Assembly (NCBI GenBank): GCA_016839265.1
Contig: JAEOUO010000002.1
Location: 68,778-132,777, forward strand
Direction of reading: 5' to 3'
Origin: Candidatus Odinarchaeota archaeon
GTDB taxonomy: Archaea > Asgardarchaeota > Odinarchaeia > Odinarchaeales > Odinarchaeaceae
Length of the DNA: 64,000 nucleotides
The position numbers and the translations under genes were made by a program. Below, piece by piece: positions 29,546 through 39,688 of the stretch. Position 1 is the first letter of the stretch, and each line of letters begins with the position of its first letter. A model generated the notes under the pieces. It saw only the letters and a program-made list of their open reading frames with translations, ran no database searches and was not told the DNA's origin.

Positions 29546-31525
29546 GTGAAGATTACATTTCCCACCGGCGTAATCCTATTCGAAGGCGACATAGGATCCG
29601 GTAAATCCACTATTCTTTTAGCTATAGAATTCGCTTTATTCGGGTTAGGTGATTTGAAGGGCAGTTATCTTCTAAGATTAGGTTGCACTAGCGGATATGT
29701 GAAGCTGTGTTTCGAGGTTGAGGGGAAAGAATATGAAGTTTATCGGCGACTTGTTAAGAAAGGTAACTCTGTAGTCCAGGAGGAAGGTTACATAGAATTT
29801 GAAGGTGTTAAAAAGATTCTATCCGCCTCCGAGTTGAAGCAGACTATTCTAGATATTTTAAAATTTAATGAGCCGCCTAACCCTAGAGCTCAAAGCATAA
29901 TATACCGTTACGCTCTTTACACACCTCAAGAACAGATGAAAGAGATATTATGGGCTAAACCTGATGAAAGACTTCAAACATTAAGAAAAGCATTCGGTAT
30001 AGAAGACTATAAGATTGCTTTAGAGAATGTTCATAACTTAGTCGGAGCGTTGAAGGAGCGGGCTAGCATATTAAAAGATCGCATCAGAGATATAAGCGAA
30101 GTGTCAGGTAAACTTGAAAAATCTAGACTTCTTCTCCAAGACTATAAAGCAAAATTCACAGAAGTTAGCGGAAAATATAATGAATTAGAAAATGAGCTTA
30201 AAAGACTTCAATCAGAGTTAGAATCACAAATGAATACTGAGAAAGAGATTGAAGCTTTAAAGCGTCAAATACCTCTTTTAAAAAGTGAATTACAGGAGAA
30301 GACTAACCGGATTATTAAACTATCCGGTGAATCATACACGTTTTATAAGAAAATGTTAGAGGAAATGAATCGTGTAGAAACGCTTCCTAAAATAGATAAA
30401 CCTACAGAGATGGGTGAAGCGGAGATTAAAACTAAACTTAAAGAACTAGATTTAAATATAAGCGAACTGCGTAGGAGAGAGGCTGCTATCGAATCTAAGA
30501 TCAGCGACTACCGTCAGATACTCGATAGACGGATATGCCCTACTTGCGATCGCCCGACTGATCCGGCTGATATTCAAAGTAAAATAAACTCTAAACAGGT
30601 TGAAAAAGACGCGGTTTCCAATAATATTAAGGAACTTGAAAACTCTAAGAATATCTTAGAAAACACCTTAGAAAAGCTGAGAGAATACAACCAGCTGCAG
30701 GCTGAATTAAAAAACCACTTGAATAATTTAGAGCACTATAATAATATTGTTAATAAAAACTATGAGGAGATTACTAGCTTAGCTGACCGCCGTTTAAAAA
30801 TAATGGTGGAAGTTTCGAAATTAGATGATAAAATTCGACTTCAAGAAGATTTAGCTGCTAAAATATCGGCTTTGAAAAAAACTGTTGCAGAGAAACAGGC
30901 AGAGTTAACAAGACTCTCTTCAGAGAGAGGCGGCTTAGAGAAAGCTATACTTAACTTAGAAGAGGAGATTCGAAACCTTGAAAAACAGTTAGCTGAGAAA
31001 GAGGAGTTTAAACGTTTACTAAGTGTTTTCGAAGAGTATCTTATCTGGCTTAAAGAATACTTTGAAAACAGTTTAGTCGATATAGAGAAACATGTGATGG
31101 TTTCCATCAACCAAGAGTTTAATAATAGATTTCAACGCTGGTTTAGCATTCTTGTAGAAGATAACACGAAAGAGGCTCGCGTCGACGAGGATTTCAACCC
31201 AATTATAGAGCAGGAAGGATATGAGCCGCCTATTGAATCTTTAAGCGGCGGTGAGAAGACAAGTATAGCTTTAGCTTACCGGCTTACTTTAAACACGATT
31301 GTTCAACGCTTAGCTGTTGGATTAAAATCTAATCTTCTAATATTAGATGAACCTACAGACGGCTTCAGTAAAGAGCAATTATTCAAGATAAGAGATATTT
31401 TAGACGAGATTAAAGCACCTCAAGTTATAATCGTCTCTCATGAACGGGAGCTTGAAAGCTTCGCAAACCATGTTTTTAGAATCGAGAAAGTGAACGGTTT
31501 ATCTAAAGTTATCTCCACTAGTTAA
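29546..31525 (+). CDS. rad50: Rad50 ATPase (short form with central zinc hook)
   Basis: Walker A GDIGSGKST, central zinc hook CPTCDRP, ABC signature SLSGGEKTSIALA, Walker B LLILDEPTDGF and H-loop VSHERE, with coiled-coil-like sequence in between. At 659 aa it is shorter than typical archaeal Rad50. Confidence 0.85.
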   Translation: MKITFPTGVILFEGDIGSGKSTILLAIEFALFGLGDLKGSYLLRLGCTSGYVKLCFEVEGKEYEVYRRLVKKGNSVVQEEGYIEFEGVKKILSASELKQTILDILKFNEPPNPRAQSIIYRYALYTPQEQMKEILWAKPDERLQTLRKAFGIEDYKIALENVHNLVGALKERASILKDRIRDISEVSGKLEKSRLLLQDYKAKFTEVSGKYNELENELKRLQSELESQMNTEKEIEALKRQIPLLKSELQEKTNRIIKLSGESYTFYKKMLEEMNRVETLPKIDKPTEMGEAEIKTKLKELDLNISELRRREAAIESKISDYRQILDRRICPTCDRPTDPADIQSKINSKQVEKDAVSNNIKELENSKNILENTLEKLREYNQLQAELKNHLNNLEHYNNIVNKNYEEITSLADRRLKIMVEVSKLDDKIRLQEDLAAKISALKKTVAEKQAELTRLSSERGGLEKAILNLEEEIRNLEKQLAEKEEFKRLLSVFEEYLIWLKEYFENSLVDIEKHVMVSINQEFNNRFQRWFSILVEDNTKEARVDEDFNPIIEQEGYEPPIESLSGGEKTSIALAYRLTLNTIVQRLAVGLKSNLLILDEPTDGFSKEQLFKIRDILDEIKAPQVIIVSHERELESFANHVFRIEKVNGLSKVISTS

Positions 31526-31537
31526 ACGTGGTTTTCT

Positions 31538-32317
31538 ATGTCTTCAACAATTAAGAATACTATTATCTTAGACGGTGTCAGCTTAGAATACTATGTGAGG
31601 CGGCGGCGTGTTAAAAACACTCGCATAGAGGTTAAACCTTGGGGTGTTTTAGTTGTGCTGCCGGTGAACTGTGGTGAACCTTTAGAGTTGATTGAACGTA
31701 ATAAGAACTGGATTTTAAAAGTTTATAGGAGATTAAAGGAGAATGAGCTTCTATACCAGTCTCCTGTGAACGTGTTTCCGTTACTAGGCGCTTCGTATAC
31801 TCTTATTTTAGATGAACAAATTAACAAGTTTGAAGTCGACCATATACGTCACCTGATAAGAATAGGGTCTAATTTTAACTTAGCTGGTTTCAAAAATTTT
31901 TTGAAAAAAACTTTACTTGATCGAATACTCCTTTTTTTGAATAGTTTACCAGGTGAAGTTGATAAACAATATAATAAGATCACTATTAAAAATCAGAAAA
32001 CAAGGTGGGCTAGTTGCTCTGTTAAGCGTAATCTGAATTTTAATATTAAAATGATTTCTCTACCTGTTAAACTAATAGAGTTTATAGTATTCCATGAGCT
32101 TATGCATTTTAAAATTAGATCTCACAGTGAATCTTTTTATAAGCTGGTAGCTTGCAGGTACCCTGATTACCAGGCTATTCGAAGAATATTAAATGAGTAT
32201 TTTATCGCGTTTAACTTGAACAAGCTCTGGCAGTTAATCTGTCAACCCCATTTTTCGAAGCAGACTATTTCTTCTAATGTTTTTCGACTGGTGGGCTTAG
32301 GTTCTATGTCAGGGTAG
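31538..32317 (+). CDS. DUF45/YgjP-family zinc-dependent hydrolase (zincin fold)
   Basis: TRWASCSVKRNLNFNIKMI...FIVFHELMHFKIRSHSESFYKLVACRYPDY aligns closely with E. coli YgjP WGSC...MIVVHELAHLKEKEHNKAFYQLCCHMEPQY, including the HExxH motif. Starts 12 nt after rad50. Confidence 0.7.
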   Translation: MSSTIKNTIILDGVSLEYYVRRRRVKNTRIEVKPWGVLVVLPVNCGEPLELIERNKNWILKVYRRLKENELLYQSPVNVFPLLGASYTLILDEQINKFEVDHIRHLIRIGSNFNLAGFKNFLKKTLLDRILLFLNSLPGEVDKQYNKITIKNQKTRWASCSVKRNLNFNIKMISLPVKLIEFIVFHELMHFKIRSHSESFYKLVACRYPDYQAIRRILNEYFIAFNLNKLWQLICQPHFSKQTISSNVFRLVGLGSMSG

Positions 32318-32838
32318 CCGATGGGGATCATAGTGACAACTCTTATATTTTTCGGTATCCCCAGGATTTCTTTAACTTTATCCTCGTAGAAGGCTCCAAG
32401 CCAGCATGTTCCTAAACCTTCTTCAACAGCTTTTAACACTAGATGAGTTACAGCTATTGAAACATCTACTACATAGGATGGTTGACCGCAGGTCATCACA
32501 TAATCTGTTTTAGTCCCGCATGCAACTATCACTACAGGGGCTTGAGCTACGAAGGCTTGGCCTTTAGCTGCTTCCATTAGTTTCTCTTTAGTCTCTTTAT
32601 CTTTAACGATGATAAACTTCCAGTCTTGCAGGTTTCTAGCTGAAGGCGCTAGCTTGGCTGCTTCAAGAACGCGTTTAAGCTTATCTTCTTCTATAAGTGT
32701 TTCTTTAAATCTTCTGATGCTTCTTCTTTTTTGAATAACTTCCATTAACTCCATTTCCCTCACCTTTCCACTTACCAGATCGATTTTATTTTTGTATTTA
32801 ATTACTTCATATATTTTTCGAGTAAATTTTTCAATCAT
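32242..32838 (-). CDS. Nitroreductase-family flavoprotein
   Basis: QKRRSIRRFKE...LEAAKLAPSARNLQDWKFIIV matches the nitroreductase N-terminal FMN-binding pattern. The real start is probably the internal Met just before this block. Confidence 0.8.
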   Translation of the reverse strand: MIEKFTRKIYEVIKYKNKIDLVSGKVREMELMEVIQKRRSIRRFKETLIEEDKLKRVLEAAKLAPSARNLQDWKFIIVKDKETKEKLMEAAKGQAFVAQAPVVIVACGTKTDYVMTCGQPSYVVDVSIAVTHLVLKAVEEGLGTCWLGAFYEDKVKEILGIPKNIRVVTMIPIGYPDIEPKPTSRKTLEEIVCFEKWG

Positions 32839-33214
32839 TTTATGTATTCTAAGGTGTCTTCTGAGATAAAGATTTGAAAAATCTTCATCTAAATCTTTTA
32901 TTACGTTTTCTTCAGTTACTATTAGTAACTCTATGCCTGTTTAGGTTTTCCTCTATTACTGGAAAAGTATTATAAAAGTTGGAGGCGTCTATCTGCTTTT
33001 TAATGATATTTCCTATACTCTTTAATCTTAGACTCGTAAACTTATAACATGTGTTTTCAAGTCTAAGCAGTTTTATGCTCTACGGGATTAACATACATGT
33101 TAAATTATATTTTACTCTATTCTCGCTATTCTTCTATGAATTTTTATTCTAGTATTTTTTGTATTCTATGTGTTTACGATCTTAGATTTCAGAGAATATG
33201 TTTAAACAGTTAAT

Positions 33215-34585
33215 TTACCCTGTGACTTGAAGACTGCTTGCAGCTATGGTTGGTGTTATGGTATTTCCTTCAATCACCTGTTTTTTTGATAACGCGAAGA
33301 TATTTTTAAGAAGGCTGGTCTCCGTCTTCGAGTTCACGGGTTCTATTACTTTCCCGGAGATTTGCCCTCCTTTAACTGTATGAGTTATTTCACCGTTAAC
33401 TATCAGATATCCGTTTCGAATCTCTGACCCGAATGAAGTGGTTATAGGATCAGGGTTAAGCCACGCGAATTTTCTTATTAGAATACCTTTTTTAACGTTA
33501 GCGATGATTTCATCAAGCTCCCAGTCCCCGGGCTTTATCTCCAGGTTGTTTACTGTATTAGATATTTGCCCGTTATATTTCTGCTCAACGGTTGCTCCGA
33601 ATCTAACACCGTTACCTGTCGACTTTCCGCCTGTTAATAAACCGTATAATTGATCGAAAACATGATTTTTGAAAACACCTTTATCTATTATCATTGTTTT
33701 ACGCTGCGGTGTTCCTTCATCATCGAATGGGCTTGTGTTAAGCGCATATGGATATAAACCGTTATCTATTACTGTGAGATTCTCTTTCGCTATACTCTGG
33801 TTTTCTTCGAATAATGAGACCTTCTTATATAAGGCTTGGCCTGAAGCATGATAACCTATTGTCGGCGGCAATAATTCTGCTACTATGTCCGGAGGGAATA
33901 TAACATCCATTACACCTGTAGGAGGCGGTTTAGCCTGGAGGGAGTCCACAGTTAGCTGAACCCAGTCTTCTATAGTCTCCTCTATGTTGAAATCTCTTAC
34001 TCTTCTATAATATTTATCAGGCCAGTACTCCGCTATTTTACCGTCTTCTTCAGCTTTCAACGCCAGTTCTAAGTAGAAGTAGGTTTCTTTTTTTCGAGCG
34101 TCTAGATTATTCGAATTATAGATGTTAGTGTATACTTGATATGATCTAAGTTTGCAGAACGTGAGCTTAACTCTACTATATTTTGCGAGAGCTGTTTTAA
34201 GGTGATCCGCTTTATCTAAAAGAGTATCTAAAGGGTTTTTCATGATTTCATGGTCTACTATTCTTGTTTTAGGATATTTCTCTGGCTCAGGGAACAGGTA
34301 GACTGGCAGATGAGTCATAGAAGCGTTTTTTAAAGCGGTTTGAACTGTTTTCTTTACCGATGTTTCTTTCAGTGAAGAATTTGAAGCGGATCCTATTCCG
34401 ACACCTTGACCTGTTTTTTTCAACACTCTTATACTGTAACCAGTGTTTTCTAAAGAGTCTCTAACCGCTTCTATTTCCAATCCTCTTAAGTGAACTTCGG
34501 ATTCAACTATTCTTTGAATATATATCTCCCAGTCTTTAACTGAGTGTTCCTCTACTACTCCCCTTATATTTTTAACATCTATCAT
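33215..34585 (-). CDS. tldE: TldE/PmbA-family metalloprotease subunit
   Basis: TldD/PmbA (peptidase U62) family architecture without the HExxxH motif. Adjacent to its partner gene. Confidence 0.7.
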   Translation of the reverse strand: MIDVKNIRGVVEEHSVKDWEIYIQRIVESEVHLRGLEIEAVRDSLENTGYSIRVLKKTGQGVGIGSASNSSLKETSVKKTVQTALKNASMTHLPVYLFPEPEKYPKTRIVDHEIMKNPLDTLLDKADHLKTALAKYSRVKLTFCKLRSYQVYTNIYNSNNLDARKKETYFYLELALKAEEDGKIAEYWPDKYYRRVRDFNIEETIEDWVQLTVDSLQAKPPPTGVMDVIFPPDIVAELLPPTIGYHASGQALYKKVSLFEENQSIAKENLTVIDNGLYPYALNTSPFDDEGTPQRKTMIIDKGVFKNHVFDQLYGLLTGGKSTGNGVRFGATVEQKYNGQISNTVNNLEIKPGDWELDEIIANVKKGILIRKFAWLNPDPITTSFGSEIRNGYLIVNGEITHTVKGGQISGKVIEPVNSKTETSLLKNIFALSKKQVIEGNTITPTIAASSLQVTG

Positions 34586-34589
34586 ACGC

Positions 34590-35987
34590 TCAACCTTGGC
34601 TTACTATTCCTTTAGATCTTATATAAGAGCCCCCGCTGCCTACAGGTACATAGTCTTCATGTCCTTTTCCGCAGGTTCCACTGTCTAATTCGAAATCACT
34701 GGCGCAGCTTATAGCGTCGATATCTTTTACAAATTTTAGAACATCTCCTGTTAAAGCTAGATTAGATAAAACTTTGGTGATCTTCCCGGACTCTACTAGA
34801 TATCCTTTTTTAGCTTTTAACTGCATTCCCCCTCCAGCAGGGTCCTCCATTCCAGATTCAAATCTAGTCATTAACACGCCTAGTTTAATATCTGAGATCA
34901 TCTCGTTTAGCTTCCAGTCTCCGGAGGCTATGTAAGTGTTAGTCATTCGAATAAAGTTTTTACGCATGAAACTTTCTCTTCTACTATTCCCTGTCGGCTT
35001 CGCATTCATGTAAGCGGCTGTTACACGATCATGTAGAAATGTTTTTAACACGCCTTTTTCAACGATCGCAGTTTTAGATGTTTTCACACCTTCATCATCG
35101 AATAATATTGTTCCGTAGCCTCCAGGATATGTACCGTCATCATATAATGTGAAGTCTTCTCCGCCTATTTTTTCGCCTATGTGCTTGATTAAATACGATC
35201 TATTTCGTAAAACCTGATCTGCTTCACATCCATGACCGAATGATTCATGTGCGAAGGTCCCGGTCATGCTCGGGCTTAAAACTACTGGTAGACGGCCGGC
35301 CGGGGCTTCCACTGCATTTAACAATTCTACAGCGCTTCTTGCAACAGCAGCCGCGTCTTCTTCTCTAATTCTCTTCACCAACTCGTATCCTCCTGTATGC
35401 CCTAATGATAGATAGTCGTAGTCTACTCTATCAGCTTCTTTTGCTACACATAGAACACTGAGTCTGGTTCTAGGGATTAACTGTCTTAAACTAGAGCCTT
35501 CGCTGTTAACGAATATCTTCTCGTTTATAGACTCCGAGTATACTATACGCGTGTTGATGATTCTCTTATCTGTTTTCGAAGCTATAGTGAATGTGTGTTT
35601 AACGTTTTCAAGTTTTTCTTCTAGTGAAATGTTTTTGAAGTGAACTGACGGTTTTATTTCACTGTTGATTTTCCAAGGCTTCACTGGGTAAAAATTAAAG
35701 TTTCCACCGGTGGATTTACTTCTTCTACTGAGTTTTCTAATAGAATTTAAGAGTTTACGTTTCCCTGTTAAATCGCAGGTTGCAGTCTCCAGCCACACTC
35801 CTTCACCGCTTAATATTCTGATAACTAAACCTGAACTCATATTCGGGTTGTAGATTTTCTCCTCTACTTTATCTTTTAAAATCGCGGTGCTTTCAACCCG
35901 GTCGAAGAGCACGTCAGCGTATAAACTGTTTTTAACAGCTTCAGTTAAAGCTTTCTCCATGAAATCAATGATGTAATTATATTCCAT
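34590..35987 (-). CDS. tldD: TldD-family metalloprotease
   Basis: U62 family with the metal-binding motif HESFGHGCEAD (HExxxH). 465 aa. 4 nt upstream of the tldE-like gene. Confidence 0.75.
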   Translation of the reverse strand: MEYNYIIDFMEKALTEAVKNSLYADVLFDRVESTAILKDKVEEKIYNPNMSSGLVIRILSGEGVWLETATCDLTGKRKLLNSIRKLSRRSKSTGGNFNFYPVKPWKINSEIKPSVHFKNISLEEKLENVKHTFTIASKTDKRIINTRIVYSESINEKIFVNSEGSSLRQLIPRTRLSVLCVAKEADRVDYDYLSLGHTGGYELVKRIREEDAAAVARSAVELLNAVEAPAGRLPVVLSPSMTGTFAHESFGHGCEADQVLRNRSYLIKHIGEKIGGEDFTLYDDGTYPGGYGTILFDDEGVKTSKTAIVEKGVLKTFLHDRVTAAYMNAKPTGNSRRESFMRKNFIRMTNTYIASGDWKLNEMISDIKLGVLMTRFESGMEDPAGGGMQLKAKKGYLVESGKITKVLSNLALTGDVLKFVKDIDAISCASDFELDSGTCGKGHEDYVPVGSGGSYIRSKGIVSQG

Positions 35988-36140
35988 TCATCACACCGTT
36001 AACTCAGCCGCTTAATTCTAGTAGGTTTCTTTTCAAATTTAACTAAAAATTTTAAATACTAGCTTCCTCTCTTATACTCTATATAAATATATATTTTAAG
36101 AATAAAAGTTGACCTATACATATTTCAAGGCGGTTGAAAT

Positions 36141-37682
36141 ATGCACGGCGGTTATAAGATTGTTTTAACATCAGATCGAACGCTTATGAGTAATTATAGT
36201 GGCTCACTGTTCATAGGATTCACTACATGCGGGCCTAAGACGATGATTAACCCTCGTTTATTTTTCACTTTTATAGCTCCTAAAATGAAAACAGTGAATG
36301 GTAGAGTGAAAGCTGCTCCATATGGGTTAAGGAAGATTGAAGCTGCGTTACTCTCAGACGGTTTTACTGAAGAGGAGGTTATCACCGTTAACCCTGATGA
36401 TGTTAAAAACTATATTGGACCTGAGACTCGTGTTATAGGTATATCTGCGATGGATCCTCTAGGTCAGGGCCCTGCTACTAATACGTTCGCAGGACCAGGC
36501 GGGCTTGTAAAAGTGGATTCTTATTTAGCCTGGAAATTTAAAGATTTAGTTGAGGATATTAGATCTTATGCACCGCATGTTAAAATTGTAGTGGGCGGTT
36601 CAGGCGCTTGGCAGCTTAAAAGAGAGTCTGAAGTTCGCAGAAACCTTGGCATTAACACCGTGTTGATAGGTGAGTCTGATTTAACAGCTCCGCAAATTTT
36701 CAGACAGATATTGGAAGGAGACGATGTTCCTGAAATAGTTGATGAAGTGCTTGTTCCAGTGGATAAAATCCCACGGATTAGAAACGCTGCTATCGGCGGT
36801 GTGGTGGAGATTACTAGGGGTTGCGGTCGCGGATGTGATTTCTGTATTCCTACTATGAGGAAGTTACGGTCTAGACCTTTAGAGGATATTTTAGAGGAGG
36901 CTAAAGTTAATATTAAAGGCGGTGAGAGATGGATTACCCTGCACGGTGAGGATGTTTTAAGGTATAAGGCTAAGGGATTGGAGTTAGATCATAATGCGGT
37001 TGTTGAACTTTTCGAGTCTGTGAATAAACTGGATGACTGTCTTGGTGTGGGTGCCAGCCACTTCTCTTTAGCTGCATCTTGTCAAGATCCTAAACTATTA
37101 GAGGATATTGCGCACGCTGTCGGTATCGGTTCTTCTAAGCTTAAACCTTGGATGGGATGTCAGACTGGTGTGGAGACAGGTAGTGTAAAGTTGATTAAAA
37201 AATATATGGAGGGTAAAGTTAAACCGTTTAAACCGGAGGAGTGGCCTGATATCGTTGAGCAGGCTTTCGCTTACTGTCATGATTATAAGTGGGTTCCCGC
37301 GGCTACTTTAATTATCGGTTTTCCGGATGAAACGGTTGACGATATCATGGATACCTTAGAGCTTTTAGATAGGCTTAAAAAATATAAGAGTTTAATCGTC
37401 CCATTATTCTGTGTTCCGATAGCTGAGCTTTCTGATCAGCCTTTCTTCGGAACAGATAGAATGGTTAAAGCTCACTGGGATGTTTTCCTATCGTGCTGGG
37501 ATCACTTGAGAATCTGGTTGAAAGAGTTAGCTGTAGATCATACAGCGGGTATGAATCCTATAGCCGGCTGGTTTATTAGACGCTTCGTAAATTACGCTAT
37601 TAATAAATCTGATAAAAAGGTTAGAGAAATCTTGAAGCGTAAGCGCGATCAAGCCCCTGAGACGTTTTCAACCTCTACATAA
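36141..37682 (+). CDS. Radical SAM enzyme with an N-terminal B12-binding-like domain
   Basis: N-terminal Rossmann-like region (VIGISAMDPLGQG). Radical SAM cluster motif ITRGCGRGCDFCIPT. 513 aa. Confidence 0.75.
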   Translation: MHGGYKIVLTSDRTLMSNYSGSLFIGFTTCGPKTMINPRLFFTFIAPKMKTVNGRVKAAPYGLRKIEAALLSDGFTEEEVITVNPDDVKNYIGPETRVIGISAMDPLGQGPATNTFAGPGGLVKVDSYLAWKFKDLVEDIRSYAPHVKIVVGGSGAWQLKRESEVRRNLGINTVLIGESDLTAPQIFRQILEGDDVPEIVDEVLVPVDKIPRIRNAAIGGVVEITRGCGRGCDFCIPTMRKLRSRPLEDILEEAKVNIKGGERWITLHGEDVLRYKAKGLELDHNAVVELFESVNKLDDCLGVGASHFSLAASCQDPKLLEDIAHAVGIGSSKLKPWMGCQTGVETGSVKLIKKYMEGKVKPFKPEEWPDIVEQAFAYCHDYKWVPAATLIIGFPDETVDDIMDTLELLDRLKKYKSLIVPLFCVPIAELSDQPFFGTDRMVKAHWDVFLSCWDHLRIWLKELAVDHTAGMNPIAGWFIRRFVNYAINKSDKKVREILKRKRDQAPETFSTST

Positions 37683-37687
37683 ATTTT

Positions 37688-38401
37688 TTAGTTTTCATTT
37701 TTTCTACCAGTGGCTCTCACCATAAGATACGCATCCGCGCCGTCGTGATAGTATCCTTTAATAGTTTTAACTGTTTTAAATCCTAGTTTCTCATATATTC
37801 GAATAGCTTCATAATTGCTGGTTCTAACTTCAAGAACCTGCTCCGAGGTATTCGCTTTCTCCATTTCTTTTAACGCTTTAAGTAGGATCGCTTGACCTAC
37901 TCCCTGTTTTCTATAAGGATGGTCTACAGCTATCGAAACTACATGCCCTTTTTTAACCCATTTAAATCCGAAACTTGATATTCCGCTTTCAAGCCTGCAC
38001 ATTATGTAACCGATAATTTTAGGATCGGTGATTAACTCGTATTTGCTTAAACCGTTTTCATAATATTTTTTAAAGAATTTGAATGGAGGGGTGAGTGTAT
38101 CAGAATAGTTTAAAACTTTCTCTAAAAGCATCTTAGATTCATCGTATTCTATGTTCTTCAAATCCATTAATTCTTCAACTGTTATTGTTTTCAAATCTTC
38201 TTCTCTCATTAACTTAATCAGGTTTAAAGCTTCAGGATCCTCTGATAAAACTGTCTCCGAGTTCTTCTCCGCTACTATGAAGAACTTCGGATATGTTAAT
38301 AATAATTCTTTAAAAAATATTTCAGGGTAGTTTTCAGGTAGACATGTTTTATTTAACTCCATCACAGCGGGTATGTCTTTCTCTTCAGCGAATCTTACCA
38401 T
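37688..38401 (-). CDS. GNAT-family N-acetyltransferase (with a large insertion)
   Basis: Acetyl-CoA-binding motif RKQGVGQAIL in a GNAT-like C-terminal half. The N-terminal half is atypical. Confidence 0.6.
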   Translation of the reverse strand: MVRFAEEKDIPAVMELNKTCLPENYPEIFFKELLLTYPKFFIVAEKNSETVLSEDPEALNLIKLMREEDLKTITVEELMDLKNIEYDESKMLLEKVLNYSDTLTPPFKFFKKYYENGLSKYELITDPKIIGYIMCRLESGISSFGFKWVKKGHVVSIAVDHPYRKQGVGQAILLKALKEMEKANTSEQVLEVRTSNYEAIRIYEKLGFKTVKTIKGYYHDGADAYLMVRATGRKNEN

Positions 38402-38494
38402 CCACCCTTTGAAACATTCCGTGTTAATCCCACCTGAAGATACTGGTTTTAAATTTTAGGATTTAATCTATAATTTATATCTTTTGTTAAAAAC

Positions 38495-39685
38495 GTGTTA
38501 AACTATGAAAACGTATATTACTTTTTTCAACTATTATATTTTTATAACTGGTTTTTAGAGATGATTTCGAATATGAGTGGTTTAATCACAGTGGAAGCGT
38601 TGAAGGATATTGATGAAAAAATCAGGGTATTGTTTAATGTTAAAGTTGTTTTTAAAGAAACCGGCTCTGTTACTCCAACATATATTATCAGATTAGATTC
38701 GAATCTTAAAGAGTCTTTTAAAAAACTTTATCTGTTTCTCCGAAATTATGGTTTAATCCCTAAACTATTCGTTGATGAAAAGAACGCTTTCAGTGGCGGG
38801 CATGTTTTCTTAAAGCTTTCATTTTTAAACCCTGTTAAATCTCATCGTGTTTCAATTAATATTCTTCTATTCTTGTTAACGTTAATCACTACGGCTTCAA
38901 CGGGTTTTTATATCTGTTTAAGCGGTCCTTTTTTAGAGGTTTACCCTGAGAGTAATATTTTTCTTGTAAGCTTCAGCTTCACTTTAAGCTTGATAGGTAT
39001 TATCGGTTTACATGAGCTGGGGCATATTTTTTCTTTGAGGAAAGCGGGATGTGAAACCAGTCTACCTTATTTTATTCCAGGTATTCCAATTATAGGGTTA
39101 CCTACTTTCGGAGCGGTGATTCTTCAAAGAACGCCTCCAGTTAACCGTGACGCGCTTTTCGATTTAGGTTTAAGCGGGCCTTTAACCAGCTTTATCCTCT
39201 CTTTTATTGTTATAACTGTAGGTTCTTTACTGTCGAAGACTGTTTCCCTCTCTTACGCTGAGTATCTTTTCGAGAAATATCCGGGGATTTCCACTCTACC
39301 GGTTCCTCTCTTATTTTTAATCATTCAAATTTTAATCTTCCCCTCCTCTGGGGGTGTGGTTTTCATGCACCCTATCGCTTACGCGGGTTGGCTTGGACTT
39401 TTAATAACCGCTCTTAACCTTTTCCCTATAGGTCAACTTGACGGCGGGCACTCTGCTAGAGCTGTTTTAGGCGAGAAATTCAGCCGTTACGCGTCGTATA
39501 TTATGTTGATTTTACTTGTAGTTTTAGGCTACTGGTTGATGGCTTTACTGGTTTTTCTTATCAGCGGTTTAAAACATCAGGGTCCATTAGATGATGTATC
39601 CCCGGTTTCGAGGAGTAGAATAATATTATGGATTATCTCAATGTTTTTATTAGTGTTGTCTTTAACACCTTTACTAGTGTTTTAA
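38495..39685 (+). CDS. M50-family intramembrane metalloprotease (site-2 protease)
   Basis: HExxH within a transmembrane helix (GLHELGHIFSL), a second conserved LDGGH motif near the C-terminus, and multiple hydrophobic helices. Confidence 0.7.
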   Translation: MLNYENVYYFFQLLYFYNWFLEMISNMSGLITVEALKDIDEKIRVLFNVKVVFKETGSVTPTYIIRLDSNLKESFKKLYLFLRNYGLIPKLFVDEKNAFSGGHVFLKLSFLNPVKSHRVSINILLFLLTLITTASTGFYICLSGPFLEVYPESNIFLVSFSFTLSLIGIIGLHELGHIFSLRKAGCETSLPYFIPGIPIIGLPTFGAVILQRTPPVNRDALFDLGLSGPLTSFILSFIVITVGSLLSKTVSLSYAEYLFEKYPGISTLPVPLLFLIIQILIFPSSGGVVFMHPIAYAGWLGLLITALNLFPIGQLDGGHSARAVLGEKFSRYASYIMLILLVVLGYWLMALLVFLISGLKHQGPLDDVSPVSRSRIILWIISMFLLVLSLTPLLVF

Positions 39686-39688
39686 CGG

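Noticed and set aside
32242-35987. Interpreting nitroreductase plus TldD/E as a thiazole/oxazole-modified microcin (TOMM) biosynthetic cluster
   Set aside because: No YcaO cyclodehydratase or E1-like partner gene is present anywhere in the window. TldD/E pairs and nitroreductases are common stand-alone housekeeping genes in archaea. It is kept only as a low-interest note about the ORF-free gap.
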